Positions 47,989 to 57,981 are shown, numbered from the stretch's first letter. The stretch: 64,000 bases of DNA from Alphaproteobacteria bacterium (GCA_038318895.1 JBBQCS010000001.1:9495-73494), one strand, 5' to 3'. Notes: generated by a model not told the origin, from the sequence alone. Translations and numbers: made by a program.

Positions 47989-50793
47989 ATGAATGTGACA
48001 GAGCAGCTTAAATCATTCTACTATGATAAAATTATCCTTTTGCTAAAGAGTTCCCATCACGCAATGGATCCCAGTATTTTCAAATATATCTGGCGCTATA
48101 GTCGGCAAAGCCAGCTAGTTGTTCTGGCGTTGGTGTTGGGATCATTGCCATTTTATTTCCTGATGCTTGATCTGCCGCGCGCCATTGTCAACGGCCCGAT
48201 CCAGGGCAAGGGCTTCGAAACCTCTGATGCGACTGCGACTTTCCTGAGCTTTTCATTTGCTATGCCCGGTTTCCTGCAATCGCTTTTCGGAACAGCAAAA
48301 TCGACCATTTTTGAGGGGTTTGAACTTGCTCGCGAGCCTTATCTTCTGGCGCTGAGCTGTTCTTTGTTGCTGCTGGTCGCTGTCAACGGGATATTCAAAC
48401 TTCAGATCAATACCCTGAAGGGGCGTATGGGCGAACGCGTGCTGCGGCGTTTGCGCTATCAATTGTTTGACCGGATATTACGGTTCCCGACTGCCCATGT
48501 GCGCAAGGTACGCCAGGCCGAAGTGGCGTCGATGATCAAGGACGAGGTCGAACCGCTGGGTGGATTTATCGGTGATGCGTTTGTGCAACCGGCATTTCTG
48601 GGTGGCCAGGCGATCACGGCCCTGCTGTTCATCATGATCCAGAGTTTCTGGTTGGGGCTTGTGGCGGGTGCTGTCGTCCTGGCGCAGGCCTTTATCATTC
48701 CCAAGCTGCGCCGCCGTATTCTGGAGCTTGGCCGTCAGCGGCAACTGGTGGCGCGCCATCTTGCCGGGCGTGTTGGCGAGGTCGTCGAGGGGGCGCTGGA
48801 AATTCATGCGCACGACACCTCGCATTATGAACGGGCCGAAATCACCGGCCGTCTGGGACAGATTTTCCGGCTGCGCTTTGAAATTTACCGCCGCAAGTTT
48901 CAGGTCAAGTTTCTCAATAATACGCTGGCCCAGGTTACGCCATTCATCTTTTATTCTGTGGGCGGATATTTTGCGATCCGGGGCAGAATGGATATCGGCC
49001 AGCTTGTTGCGGCGCTGGTTGCCTACAAGGAGCTTCCAAGTCCGGTCAAGGAGCTTATCGACTGGGATCAGCAGCGTCTTGATGTGCAGATCAAATATGA
49101 AAGTATTATCACTCAATTCAACCCTGACGGCATGATCGCGCCGGAACTACAGGACCCGGACGCCGATGACGATGCGCCGCTAACGGGAATGTTGAACGCT
49201 TCACGCATCACGCTTGAAGATGACGCCGGGGTAAAATTGCTGGATGGCGTGTCATTTACATTTGACGTCCGGTCCCATGTGGCGATTACAGGGCCGGTAG
49301 GCGGCGGACAGGATTATCTGGGGCTTGTTCTGGCGCGGCTGATATTCCCCAATAGCGGAAAACTAAGCATTGGCGGGCGTGACACGGCGTTATTGCCAGA
49401 GGCGGTAACAGGACGGCGTATTTCCTATGCGGGCAGTGATTCAATCCTGTTCCCACGTAGCGTACGCGAAAACATGTTGTACGGGCTAATGCATCGCCCG
49501 CTGACGCCGCCGGTAATTATTGAGGAGGATCCACGCCAAGAGGCCATGGAACGTAGTGAAATCCGGCGTTCGGGAAACTCCCGGTTTGATCTGCGCGCCG
49601 ACTGGATTGATTATGCCGCCGCCGGAGCGCAAGGCCCCTATGATATCGATAACCAGATTGCGGCTGCGCTGGATGCTGTCATGATGGAAGAGGATGTCTA
49701 TCAACTTGGTTTGCGCGGCTGCATCAATCCGGAAGATCACCCGTCACTGGCCGAGAACATATTGCAGGCGCGGAAAGCGCTGCTCGAAATGCTCCGGGAT
49801 CCAGAATATGCGGCGCTGGTGGCGCCATTCGATCCCGAACGCTATAACCATAACGCGACATTAAGTGAAAACCTGCTGTTTGGAACTGCTGTTGGCACGG
49901 CCTTTTCTACGGTCAACCTGATTGGAAATACCTATTTTCAGTGGGTGCTGGAGGAATCTGGCCTCACACCTGAATTGCTTCGAATGGGTTTCGCCATTGC
50001 TGAAACCATGGTCGAGCTTTTTGCGGACATTGCGCCGGGGCATCCGTTTTTCGATCAGTTCAGCTTTATCGCTTCCGACGATTTGCCGGACTATCAGGAG
50101 ATCGTGCATCGCGCGGGAAGGATTGCGCTCGAGCAACTTCCAGAGTCAGATCAGCGGCGTCTGGCCGCCCTGACGCTGGATTATGTCGAGGCCCGTCACC
50201 GTCTTGGGCTGATTGACGCCGCTCTGGAGCAGAGGGTGCTGACAGCGCGCCGTCTTTTTGCATCGCGCCTGCCGGCCACCTATCGCGGGGCGATAGAAGT
50301 TTATGACCCTGAAAAATACAATTCAGCCGCGACCCTGCTCGATAATATTCTGTTTGGGCGTGTGGTCTATGGACTGGCGGAAGCGCAATCGCGTATCGGA
50401 GTGTTGATCGGCGAAGTGGTGGGGCAGTTAAATCTGCGCTGGGAAATATTCAAAATAGGCTTGAACTTTAACGTGGGAGGACGCGGACGGTTCCTGAGCA
50501 CCATCCAACGCCAGAAACTCGCGCTCGCCAAGGCAATCCTGAAGCGTCCCGATCTGCTTGTGGTGAATGACGCAATTTCGCTGCTGGACGTGCGAAGTCA
50601 GCAGCAGATCCTGCACAACATCAAAACTTATTGCGATGGGCGGGGAGTTATCTGGATCGGTGGACAACCGAACCTGGGCCGGAATTTTGACCAGGTTTTG
50701 GTGATCGAGGACGGAAAAATTGCCGAGCAGGGCGAATTCGAGCAACTGTCACTGAATGGCAAGTATCTGCCGCAACTGCTCGCCGTTGGGTAA
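47989..50793 (+). CDS. ABC-exporter-like protein: type I TMD fused to a degenerate, insertion-containing nucleotide-binding domain
   Basis: Six N-terminal TM helices with an ABC-exporter-like layout. The NBD motifs are all present but altered: Walker A GPVGGGQDYL (no Lys/Ser), signature LSTIQRQK (for LSGGQ), Walker B LLVVNDA (for hhhhDE), H-loop IGGQP. About 330 aa are inserted between the Q-loop region and the signature. An alternative start is at 48064. Confidence 0.6.
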   Translation: MNVTEQLKSFYYDKIILLLKSSHHAMDPSIFKYIWRYSRQSQLVVLALVLGSLPFYFLMLDLPRAIVNGPIQGKGFETSDATATFLSFSFAMPGFLQSLFGTAKSTIFEGFELAREPYLLALSCSLLLLVAVNGIFKLQINTLKGRMGERVLRRLRYQLFDRILRFPTAHVRKVRQAEVASMIKDEVEPLGGFIGDAFVQPAFLGGQAITALLFIMIQSFWLGLVAGAVVLAQAFIIPKLRRRILELGRQRQLVARHLAGRVGEVVEGALEIHAHDTSHYERAEITGRLGQIFRLRFEIYRRKFQVKFLNNTLAQVTPFIFYSVGGYFAIRGRMDIGQLVAALVAYKELPSPVKELIDWDQQRLDVQIKYESIITQFNPDGMIAPELQDPDADDDAPLTGMLNASRITLEDDAGVKLLDGVSFTFDVRSHVAITGPVGGGQDYLGLVLARLIFPNSGKLSIGGRDTALLPEAVTGRRISYAGSDSILFPRSVRENMLYGLMHRPLTPPVIIEEDPRQEAMERSEIRRSGNSRFDLRADWIDYAAAGAQGPYDIDNQIAAALDAVMMEEDVYQLGLRGCINPEDHPSLAENILQARKALLEMLRDPEYAALVAPFDPERYNHNATLSENLLFGTAVGTAFSTVNLIGNTYFQWVLEESGLTPELLRMGFAIAETMVELFADIAPGHPFFDQFSFIASDDLPDYQEIVHRAGRIALEQLPESDQRRLAALTLDYVEARHRLGLIDAALEQRVLTARRLFASRLPATYRGAIEVYDPEKYNSAATLLDNILFGRVVYGLAEAQSRIGVLIGEVVGQLNLRWEIFKIGLNFNVGGRGRFLSTIQRQKLALAKAILKRPDLLVVNDAISLLDVRSQQQILHNIKTYCDGRGVIWIGGQPNLGRNFDQVLVIEDGKIAEQGEFEQLSLNGKYLPQLLAVG

Positions 50794-50826
50794 GGCCACG
50801 GTGAATACAAAATATGAGACATATGA

Positions 50827-51294
50827 ATGCCGCTAAATGACGAAGTGGAACTGTTGCGGAAAGTGTTGCTGTTTTCCGGTATCGAACCCGCAAAGCTGAA
50901 ACTGCTTGCCTTTACCAGCGAGCGCGTGAATTTCGCCAAAGGCCAAAACCTGATGCGGCAGGGAGAGATGGGTAATGCGGCCTATTTGATATTGAGCGGC
51001 GAGGCGGATGTTCTGGCCGATGCAGGTGGCGGCCCGGTTAAGGTGGCAAGCGTGGGCCGAAACGACTTTGTTGGTGAGATGGCTATCTTGCGCGATCAGC
51101 CGCGCACCGCTACTGTCGTCGCCGCGACAGAAGTCTCTACCCTGAAGATCACGAAAGAAAGCTTCTTGCAGCTTATCCAGGATAGTCCGAAAATCGCTAT
51201 AGAACTGACGCGGATTCTCGCACAGCGGCTTGAAACGACAACAATCGATCTGACCAGCGCCAGGGAAAAACTGCGCGCTGCCGGAATCGAATGA
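50827..51294 (+). CDS. Stand-alone cyclic-nucleotide-binding (CAP-effector) domain protein
   Basis: 155 aa with the cNMP-binding beta-roll (GEMGNAAYLILSGEADV ... GEMAIL..RTATV) and no DNA-binding HTH. Confidence 0.75.
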   Translation: MPLNDEVELLRKVLLFSGIEPAKLKLLAFTSERVNFAKGQNLMRQGEMGNAAYLILSGEADVLADAGGGPVKVASVGRNDFVGEMAILRDQPRTATVVAATEVSTLKITKESFLQLIQDSPKIAIELTRILAQRLETTTIDLTSAREKLRAAGIE

Positions 51295-51782
51295 AATTAA
51301 TGCAGGGGAAAACCAACGTGACAAATATGATCGATCCGGCGACATTGCCGCCCAATATTCAGGCGATTTTGCGCAAGCCTTCCCCCGCCAGCCAGTATCT
51401 TGGCCTGGAGTTTCTGGAATGCGATCCGCAAAAAGGCCATGTCAAAGTGGCGTATCAGGCCAGCGATCAATTGTGCAATTTATGGGGTGGTATTCATGGC
51501 GGCATGGTTGCCGCAATCATGGATGATGTGCTTGCTCTGACCTTCGGCCTGACCATTGCCTGGGGACAGATCACCCCGACACTGGAATTGAAAACCACCT
51601 TTCTGCAGGCGGCCCGTCCCGGGCGGCTGCTGGCCGAGGGGGTTATACTGCGCCGCGGCAAGTCAATCAGTTTCGCCGAAGCGGAACTGCGCTCGGCAGA
51701 CGGAGAACTGCTTGCCAAGGCAAGCGCGACCGCAAGTATTGTTACTTTGAAGCCCAAAGACGGTTCAAAGGCCAAGGATTAA
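51291..51782 (+). CDS. PaaI-family hotdog thioesterase
   Basis: HGG motif (GGIHGGMVAAIMDDVLA); the ATG overlaps the upstream TGA (ATGA). Confidence 0.75.
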   Translation: MKLMQGKTNVTNMIDPATLPPNIQAILRKPSPASQYLGLEFLECDPQKGHVKVAYQASDQLCNLWGGIHGGMVAAIMDDVLALTFGLTIAWGQITPTLELKTTFLQAARPGRLLAEGVILRRGKSISFAEAELRSADGELLAKASATASIVTLKPKDGSKAKD

Positions 51783-51838
51783 GGCGGCTCACATTTTTCT
51801 GGTTCTAGAGTTTCCCTATAAAACAGCCTATTGAGACG

Positions 51839-52708
51839 TTATCCCTGGCTGGAAAGCCAGTCGCGCAGGATTTCGTTGACCCTTTCCGGCGCTTCCTGCT
51901 GCACCCAGTGGGAAACCCCCGGCAAATAGTGGATGGTGAAATCTTCGACCAGTTCTTCCGTACCGAAAGTCAACTCCTTGCCCAGCGCGGTGTCTTCGTC
52001 GCCCCAGATCATCAGGGTCGGGGTGGATAGCTTACCCGGCACCCGCGCCTCCTTTGGTTTCGCGCCGCGCAAAGCGGCTCGGTAATAATTGATCATCGCA
52101 GTCAGCGCGCCGGGTTGTGACGCGTTGCGCTGAAACACCTCCAGCACCTCGGGGGGAAAGCGCGATTTGTCCACCGCCATAGTGCTGAATGCCTCCCCAA
52201 CACCGCGTGCGCCATTGCGCCCCAGGCCCCATTCGGGCAACCAGGGAATCTGAAAGAAAAACACGTACCAGGAGCGTTTCAGTTGCGCCCAGTGCCGCAC
52301 CCCCTGGGCGAACAATTTGGGATGGGGAATATTCATCACCACCAGCTTCTTCAGTGGCCGGATGTTACGCAGCGCAAACTCCCAGGCGATCACGCCGCCC
52401 CAATCATGCGCGATCAGCACAACCTCTTCCGCCCCGGAAGCGTCGATCAGTCCGGCGACATCGGCCAGCAGATGCGGCATGGCGTAATTCGCGACCCCGG
52501 CTGGCCGGGAGGTATTGCCGTAACCGCGCATATTTGGCGCCCAGACCAGATAGCCCATCTCCGCCAGCATCCGCAATTGATGCCGCCAGGAATAGGAATG
52601 CTCGGGAAATCCGTGCAGACACAGCGCCAGCTTCTTTCCGCTGCCGCACATATCCACTTCAAAGTGCAGGCCGTTGGCCTCGACAATTTCAGTCCTTGGA
52701 GCTTCCAT
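51839..52708 (-). CDS. Alpha/beta hydrolase (epoxide hydrolase / haloalkane dehalogenase-like)
   Basis: LHGFPE (HGxP) oxyanion motif and IAHDWGG nucleophile elbow. Confidence 0.8.
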   Translation of the reverse strand: MEAPRTEIVEANGLHFEVDMCGSGKKLALCLHGFPEHSYSWRHQLRMLAEMGYLVWAPNMRGYGNTSRPAGVANYAMPHLLADVAGLIDASGAEEVVLIAHDWGGVIAWEFALRNIRPLKKLVVMNIPHPKLFAQGVRHWAQLKRSWYVFFFQIPWLPEWGLGRNGARGVGEAFSTMAVDKSRFPPEVLEVFQRNASQPGALTAMINYYRAALRGAKPKEARVPGKLSTPTLMIWGDEDTALGKELTFGTEELVEDFTIHYLPGVSHWVQQEAPERVNEILRDWLSSQG

Positions 52709-52792
52709 GCTATCGATCCGCCGCCTATATGCAAGGGGTTGAGTTTGATCCGGATCATATCCTAATCTAAAAAGAACAAGGACAATAATCAG

Positions 52793-55267
52793 ATGAACCA
52801 GGAAAATGGAAAGTCCGAAAAACGGGTGGGGATGTTACGCGCGCCCGAATTGCGGCGTGCATGTGAAAGTGGTTGCCTTGGCTTCGTCAGCACGGACGAA
52901 CTATCCGATCCCGCCCATGTATTCGGGCAGGACCGCGCGATCAACGCCATAGAGTTTGGCGCCGATATTGCGCGCGAGGGCTATAATCTGTTCGTGTTAG
53001 GCGAACCGGGCAGTGGCAAACGCAGCCTGGTGCGCCAGTTACTGGAACAGCGCGCAGCGGCCGAGCCGCCCCCCAGTGACTGGGTCTATGTATATAATTT
53101 TGCGAAACCCCATCAGCCAAACGCCATTGAACTGCCAACGGGTCAGGGGGTGCGCTTTCGCGATGCGCTGGCGCATATGGTTGAGGAACTGCGCACCGCA
53201 ATCCCGGCAATTTTCGACAGCGAGGAATACCGTGTTCGCCGCCATGCGATTGATGAAAAAATTCAGGAGCGTCAGCAGGCAGCCTTTGAGGTTCTGGAAA
53301 AGCGCGCCAGCGAGAAATCCATTCGCGCGGTCCGCACCCCTGCCGGGATTACCCTGGTGCCGCTGCGCGACGGCGAGCTGATAAAGCCGGAAGCCTTCGA
53401 GGCATTGCCGGAAGCCGAGCGCAAACAGATCGAAGCAGACATTCAGGAACTGCAACGCCAGATGCTGCAGACCTTTGAACAGATGCCGCGTCTTGAAAAG
53501 GAGCGGCGCAAAAGCTTGCGCGAACTCAACCACGAATTCGCCAATTACGCCGTGCGGGAAATCATCGACGAAGAACGCGCCGCTTTTTCCGAAATCGCCG
53601 AAGTGCGGGATTATCTTGATCTGGTGCAGGCGGATATCATCAACAATATACAGATGTTCACGCAATCGCAGGAAATGCAGGAAGCCTCGGAACTGCCGGG
53701 CGGCGGTCAGCAAGAGGGTGGCGACGGCATGGCGCAGGCCCTGCTGGGCAATCCGTTTCACCGCTACGAGGCGAACCTTATCGTCGATAATTCCAGAACC
53801 AGAGGCGCCCCGGTGGTGGAGGAAGGCAAACCCACGGTGCAGCAACTGGTGGGGCGCGTGGAACATATCGCGCAGATGGGCGCCCTTGTTACCAATTTCA
53901 TGCTGATCAAACCGGGCGCGCTGCACCGGGCCAACGGGGGATATCTGCTGATCGACTCGCGCGCCTTGCTGATGCAGCCGTTCGCGTGGGAAACGCTGAA
54001 GCGCGCATTATGGAACCGTGAGACGCGCATTGAATCCCCCGCCGACATGCTTTCCATGGTCAGCACGATCTCGCTGGAACCTGAACCCATTCCGTTGCGC
54101 ACCAAAGTGGTGCTGTTCGGCGAAGCGATGACTTATTACCTGCTGTCTGCGCATGACCCGGAATTCCAGGGCCTGTTCAAGACCGTTGCGGAAATGGAAA
54201 CCACCGTTGACTGGACGCCGGAATCCGAGCAGGCGTTTGCCTGTCAACTGGCGGCCATTTGCCGCGCGGGTTCTGTCCGCCATCTGGATCCGTCGGGGGT
54301 TGGGCGGATGGTCGAACAGGCGGCGCGTCACGCGTCGGATGCGGAAAAGCTTTCCATTCATATCGGTCATGTCGCCGATCTGCTGCGCGAGGCCGATTAT
54401 TGGGCGAACAAGGCGGGCGCCGAATTGATTTCCGCCGCGCATGTGCAAAAAGCGGTGGATATGCGTGAAGAGCGGATCGGACGCATTCGTGAGAAAAGCC
54501 AGGAATCCATTACCCGCGATATTGTGCTGATAGATACCGATGGCGCGCGTATCGGTCAGATCAATGGCCTTAGCGTGTTGTCCATAGGCGATTTGAGTTT
54601 CGGCCGGCCCACACGCATTTCAGCACGCATCGGCATTGGCGCCGGTCGGGTGCTGGACATCGAACGCGAAGTGGAACTGGGTGGGCCCCTGCATTCAAAA
54701 GGCGTGTTGATCCTGTCCGGCTTTCTGCGTGAACGCTTTGGCGTGGCCAGCCCGCTGGCGCTTACCGCAAGTCTGGTGTTCGAGCAATCCTATGGCGGCG
54801 TGGATGGCGACAGCGCCTCGTCGGCCGAGCTGTACTGCCTGCTGTCCGCTATTGCCGAGGTTCCCATTCAGCAAAGTTTTGCCGTTACCGGTTCAGTCAA
54901 TCAGCATGGCGAGGTGCAGGCGATCGGTGGTGTGAATGAAAAAATCGAAGGCTTTTTCGATATTTGCGTGGCGCGCGGCCTGACCGGCCGTCAGGGGGTT
55001 CTGATACCCAGCGCCAATGTCAAACATCTGATGTTGCGCCAGGATGTGGTGGATGCGGTCGGCGGCGGGCGTTTTCATATCCATGCAATCGATACAATCG
55101 ATCACGGCATTGAAGTCCTGACCGGCGTCACGGCTGGCGAACGCCAGAGCGATGGAGGCTATCCCGAAGGCTCCATCAACGCCCGCGTGGCGGCGCGTCT
55201 GGCTAACTTTTCCAGGGCACGCAAATCGGCGGACGGCCGCGCTTCTGACACCGGGGAACGTATATGA
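52793..55267 (+). CDS. Lon-like ATP-dependent protease (LonB/COG1067 type: AAA+ domain plus S16 peptidase domain)
   Basis: Walker A GEPGSGKRSL; C-terminal Lon proteolytic domain with the Ser (DGDSASSAE) and Lys (NEKIEG) dyad. 824 aa. Confidence 0.8.
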   Translation: MNQENGKSEKRVGMLRAPELRRACESGCLGFVSTDELSDPAHVFGQDRAINAIEFGADIAREGYNLFVLGEPGSGKRSLVRQLLEQRAAAEPPPSDWVYVYNFAKPHQPNAIELPTGQGVRFRDALAHMVEELRTAIPAIFDSEEYRVRRHAIDEKIQERQQAAFEVLEKRASEKSIRAVRTPAGITLVPLRDGELIKPEAFEALPEAERKQIEADIQELQRQMLQTFEQMPRLEKERRKSLRELNHEFANYAVREIIDEERAAFSEIAEVRDYLDLVQADIINNIQMFTQSQEMQEASELPGGGQQEGGDGMAQALLGNPFHRYEANLIVDNSRTRGAPVVEEGKPTVQQLVGRVEHIAQMGALVTNFMLIKPGALHRANGGYLLIDSRALLMQPFAWETLKRALWNRETRIESPADMLSMVSTISLEPEPIPLRTKVVLFGEAMTYYLLSAHDPEFQGLFKTVAEMETTVDWTPESEQAFACQLAAICRAGSVRHLDPSGVGRMVEQAARHASDAEKLSIHIGHVADLLREADYWANKAGAELISAAHVQKAVDMREERIGRIREKSQESITRDIVLIDTDGARIGQINGLSVLSIGDLSFGRPTRISARIGIGAGRVLDIEREVELGGPLHSKGVLILSGFLRERFGVASPLALTASLVFEQSYGGVDGDSASSAELYCLLSAIAEVPIQQSFAVTGSVNQHGEVQAIGGVNEKIEGFFDICVARGLTGRQGVLIPSANVKHLMLRQDVVDAVGGGRFHIHAIDTIDHGIEVLTGVTAGERQSDGGYPEGSINARVAARLANFSRARKSADGRASDTGERI

Positions 55268-55980
55268 GCCAGCAAGCAGAGCCGGGGCCTAAGCCGCGCT
55301 ACCACCGCCTGCTCATCGGCTTTAATCATCACACGGAATGCCGCAGCGTGCTCGGTTTCGCTGCTCAGGTCTCCCAGGCCGCCGGGGTGGAGCTGGCCGG
55401 TGTGTTTGTTGAGGATCAGGATTTGCTGGACCTGGCCCGGCTGCCTTTTTCCGCAGAAATTCTCTCATCCAGCCGCCAGACCCGTAATCTGGATTTCAAT
55501 AGTATCGAGGGCGAGTTGCGCGCCATCGCCTGGCAGATGCAGCGCTCGTTGCGCATACTCGCGGAACGCACCAAAAGACAGTACAGCTTCCGCACGGTGC
55601 GCGGGCATCTGTTGCGCGCACTGATTGCGCAAGTCGAAGCGGGAGATTTGGTCCTGTTGCGCACGGCTTGTGTTCCGTGGCCCAGCACAAAACCCGCAAT
55701 GTCCATAATTGGTGATATTAGGGGGCCCGTCGTGCTGCTGGAGCCTCCCGGCAGCGGGAACGGAAATCTTGTTGCTCTGGCACAGGAAATAGCGCGCATA
55801 ATGAAACAGGAACTTGTTGTGCTGCGCGAATATAGCGGCCCGCAAACATTGCGGAGTCTGAATGCCGGATTGATTATTGCGCCGGCCGCGCTACTTAGCG
55901 CGGATGCAGCAGGAAACGGCGTCGAGCATTTCGTTGATGCGGCGCCATGTCCGGTGTTGCTTGTCCCCGAAACCGGATAA
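55264..55980 (+). CDS. Universal-stress-protein-like protein, translationally coupled to the Lon-like gene
   Basis: The ATG overlaps the upstream TGA (ATGA). The N-terminus is USP-like (RLLIGFNHHTECRSVLGFAAQVSQAAGVELAGVFV) and the C-terminus is CPVLLVP. The assignment is tentative. Confidence 0.4.
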   Translation: MSQQAEPGPKPRYHRLLIGFNHHTECRSVLGFAAQVSQAAGVELAGVFVEDQDLLDLARLPFSAEILSSSRQTRNLDFNSIEGELRAIAWQMQRSLRILAERTKRQYSFRTVRGHLLRALIAQVEAGDLVLLRTACVPWPSTKPAMSIIGDIRGPVVLLEPPGSGNGNLVALAQEIARIMKQELVVLREYSGPQTLRSLNAGLIIAPAALLSADAAGNGVEHFVDAAPCPVLLVPETG

Positions 55981-55984
55981 CTTC

Positions 55985-57010
55985 CTATTGCCGGTTTTTC
56001 CAGACATGCAAACAGTGGGACAGACGTTTTTCCGCTGTGCCGTCCGCCAGTGCGCCAATGCGCAACCAGTATGGCTGGGTGTCAAACAGCCGGGCATAGA
56101 TTCCGCTTTGCGCCAGATGCACAAATAATTGATCTGCATACGGCGTATAAACAAGACTGAACAGCGGGTGCGAACCGGCAATGCGCATACCATGTTGCAC
56201 TAATATTGCATCGCGTCGTTGCCCATCGGCATGTAGCCGTGCCCGCGTCTGTACGATCCAGGCCTGATCCTGGAGTGCGCGCGCACCCACGGCGCAGGCC
56301 ATGCCGCTCACCGCCCAGGGTCCGATCAGCGCTGCAATTTCCATAACCAGTTCCGGAGCGCCGATCGCGAAACCAAGCCGTAGTCCCGCCAGGCCAAAAA
56401 ACTTCCCGAAAGACCGCAGAATAATTACATTGGCCCGCCCGGACAACAGCGCACAGAAGCTGTTTTCCGAATTGCAGTCCATGAACGCTTCGTCCAGCAC
56501 CAGCCAGCCGCCACGCGCCGCCAGCCGCTCCGCAACTGGTATCAGGTCCGCGCCTGGGCACAACCGCCCGTCGGGATTATTGGGATTGACCAGCACCACG
56601 ACATCACATTCCGTGTCGGCCGTATCTTCTAATGCGATCTGCCGTACCTGATGCCCGGCGCGCTGCCAGCATAGCGCATGTTCGGCATAGGTCGGCCCCA
56701 CGACGCCAATCCGTCCCACGCCACTTATTTGCGCCCGCAGGAACGGCAGCCACTGGATCAGTGCCTGGGTGCCCGGCGCGGCAGTCAATTGTCGGACGCC
56801 TACCCCGTAATAACCCGCCGCCGCCCGATAGAGGCCGTCAAGCAGCGCCACGTCCGGCAAATTCTGCCAGATATCCAGGCTGATCTCCGGCACAGGGTAG
56901 GCTTGCGGATTAATACCGGTACTAAGATCAATCCATGGCCTTTGCGCATGCGGATAGGCGCGGCGAATAGCGCTAAGATCACCGCCATGCAGGGTTGGGC
57001 CGGCTCGCAT
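55985..57010 (-). CDS. cobD: L-threonine-O-3-phosphate decarboxylase (class I/II aminotransferase fold; cobalamin biosynthesis)
   Basis: N-terminal HGGDL motif and PLP-lysine region (LRSFGKFFGLAGLRLGF). Divergent to cbiB. A GTG start at 57091 is also possible. Confidence 0.65.
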   Translation of the reverse strand: MRAGPTLHGGDLSAIRRAYPHAQRPWIDLSTGINPQAYPVPEISLDIWQNLPDVALLDGLYRAAAGYYGVGVRQLTAAPGTQALIQWLPFLRAQISGVGRIGVVGPTYAEHALCWQRAGHQVRQIALEDTADTECDVVVLVNPNNPDGRLCPGADLIPVAERLAARGGWLVLDEAFMDCNSENSFCALLSGRANVIILRSFGKFFGLAGLRLGFAIGAPELVMEIAALIGPWAVSGMACAVGARALQDQAWIVQTRARLHADGQRRDAILVQHGMRIAGSHPLFSLVYTPYADQLFVHLAQSGIYARLFDTQPYWLRIGALADGTAEKRLSHCLHVWKNRQ

Positions 57011-57030
57011 AAATGGCGTCACTATGGTAG

Positions 57031-57981
57031 ATGCAAAGCAATATGTTAGCAGCTTTCGCCCTGATTCTTGAATATGTGTTTGGCTATCCACGGTGGCTGT
57101 ACCAGCGTATTGGACACCCGGTGACGTGGTTGGGCGCGCTTATCAGTTTTGCGGACCGCCGCTATAACCGTGAAGGCGACACGGATAAACAGCGCAAAAT
57201 CCTTGGTGTGGCGCTGTTGCTTGGTATTGTAACCTTGGCTGCGGTCTGGGGTTGGGCCTGCCAACGGCTGATCCGAGCGCTCCCTGTGAGCTGGTTGTGG
57301 GAGGCGATGCTGGTGGCAAGTTTGCTGGCGGGGCGCAGCCTGTACGACCATGTGGCGGCGGTGCGGAACGTACTGCGCGATGATGGCATAGACGCGGCGC
57401 GGCGCGAGCTATCCAAGATTGTCGGGCGCAATACCAGCCAGCTGGATGAAAAAGACGTCTGCCGCGCAGCGATTGAATCCTTAAGCGAGAATACGTCGGA
57501 TGGTCTTGTCGCCCCGCTGTTCTGGTATCTGCTGGCGGGTCTGCCCGGCATTGCTATCTATAAGGCGGTTAACACAGCCGACAGCATGGTAGGATACAAA
57601 ACGGCGCGGTATATGCAATTTGGCTGGGCATCGGCGCGTATGGATGATGTGTTGAACTTTATTCCCGCGCGCTTGACGGTGCTGTTGTATGCGTTGGCTG
57701 CAGTATTTTACGCGCCTGCCAGCCCGTTGGACACCCTGAAGGTGGCCTGGTTTGACGCGCAAAAGCATGCCTCTCCCAATGCCGGCTGGCCGGAAGCGGC
57801 GATGGCGGGCGCGCTGGGGTTGCGGCTGGGCGGACCCGGCATGCGCGGCGGCGAACCCCATCCCGATCCCTATTTTGGCAAGGGGCGGGTGGAATTACGC
57901 GCCGCCGATATCACCACTGCGCTGGCGCTATACCGCCGATTATGCACTGTCGTGCTGATTTTAACGCTGGTAATCGCGTAG
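57031..57981 (+). CDS. cbiB: Adenosylcobinamide-phosphate synthase
   Basis: CbiB/CobD-family membrane protein (LILEYVFGYPRWLYQRIGHPVTWLG ... motifs). Confidence 0.8.
   Translation: MQSNMLAAFALILEYVFGYPRWLYQRIGHPVTWLGALISFADRRYNREGDTDKQRKILGVALLLGIVTLAAVWGWACQRLIRALPVSWLWEAMLVASLLAGRSLYDHVAAVRNVLRDDGIDAARRELSKIVGRNTSQLDEKDVCRAAIESLSENTSDGLVAPLFWYLLAGLPGIAIYKAVNTADSMVGYKTARYMQFGWASARMDDVLNFIPARLTVLLYALAAVFYAPASPLDTLKVAWFDAQKHASPNAGWPEAAMAGALGLRLGGPGMRGGEPHPDPYFGKGRVELRAADITTALALYRRLCTVVLILTLVIA

Noticed and set aside
52793-55267. Lon-like protease as a BREX BrxL defence component
   Set aside because: No PglX methyltransferase, PglZ, BrxC ATPase or other BREX genes are nearby. The motifs fit the general LonB/COG1067 family better.
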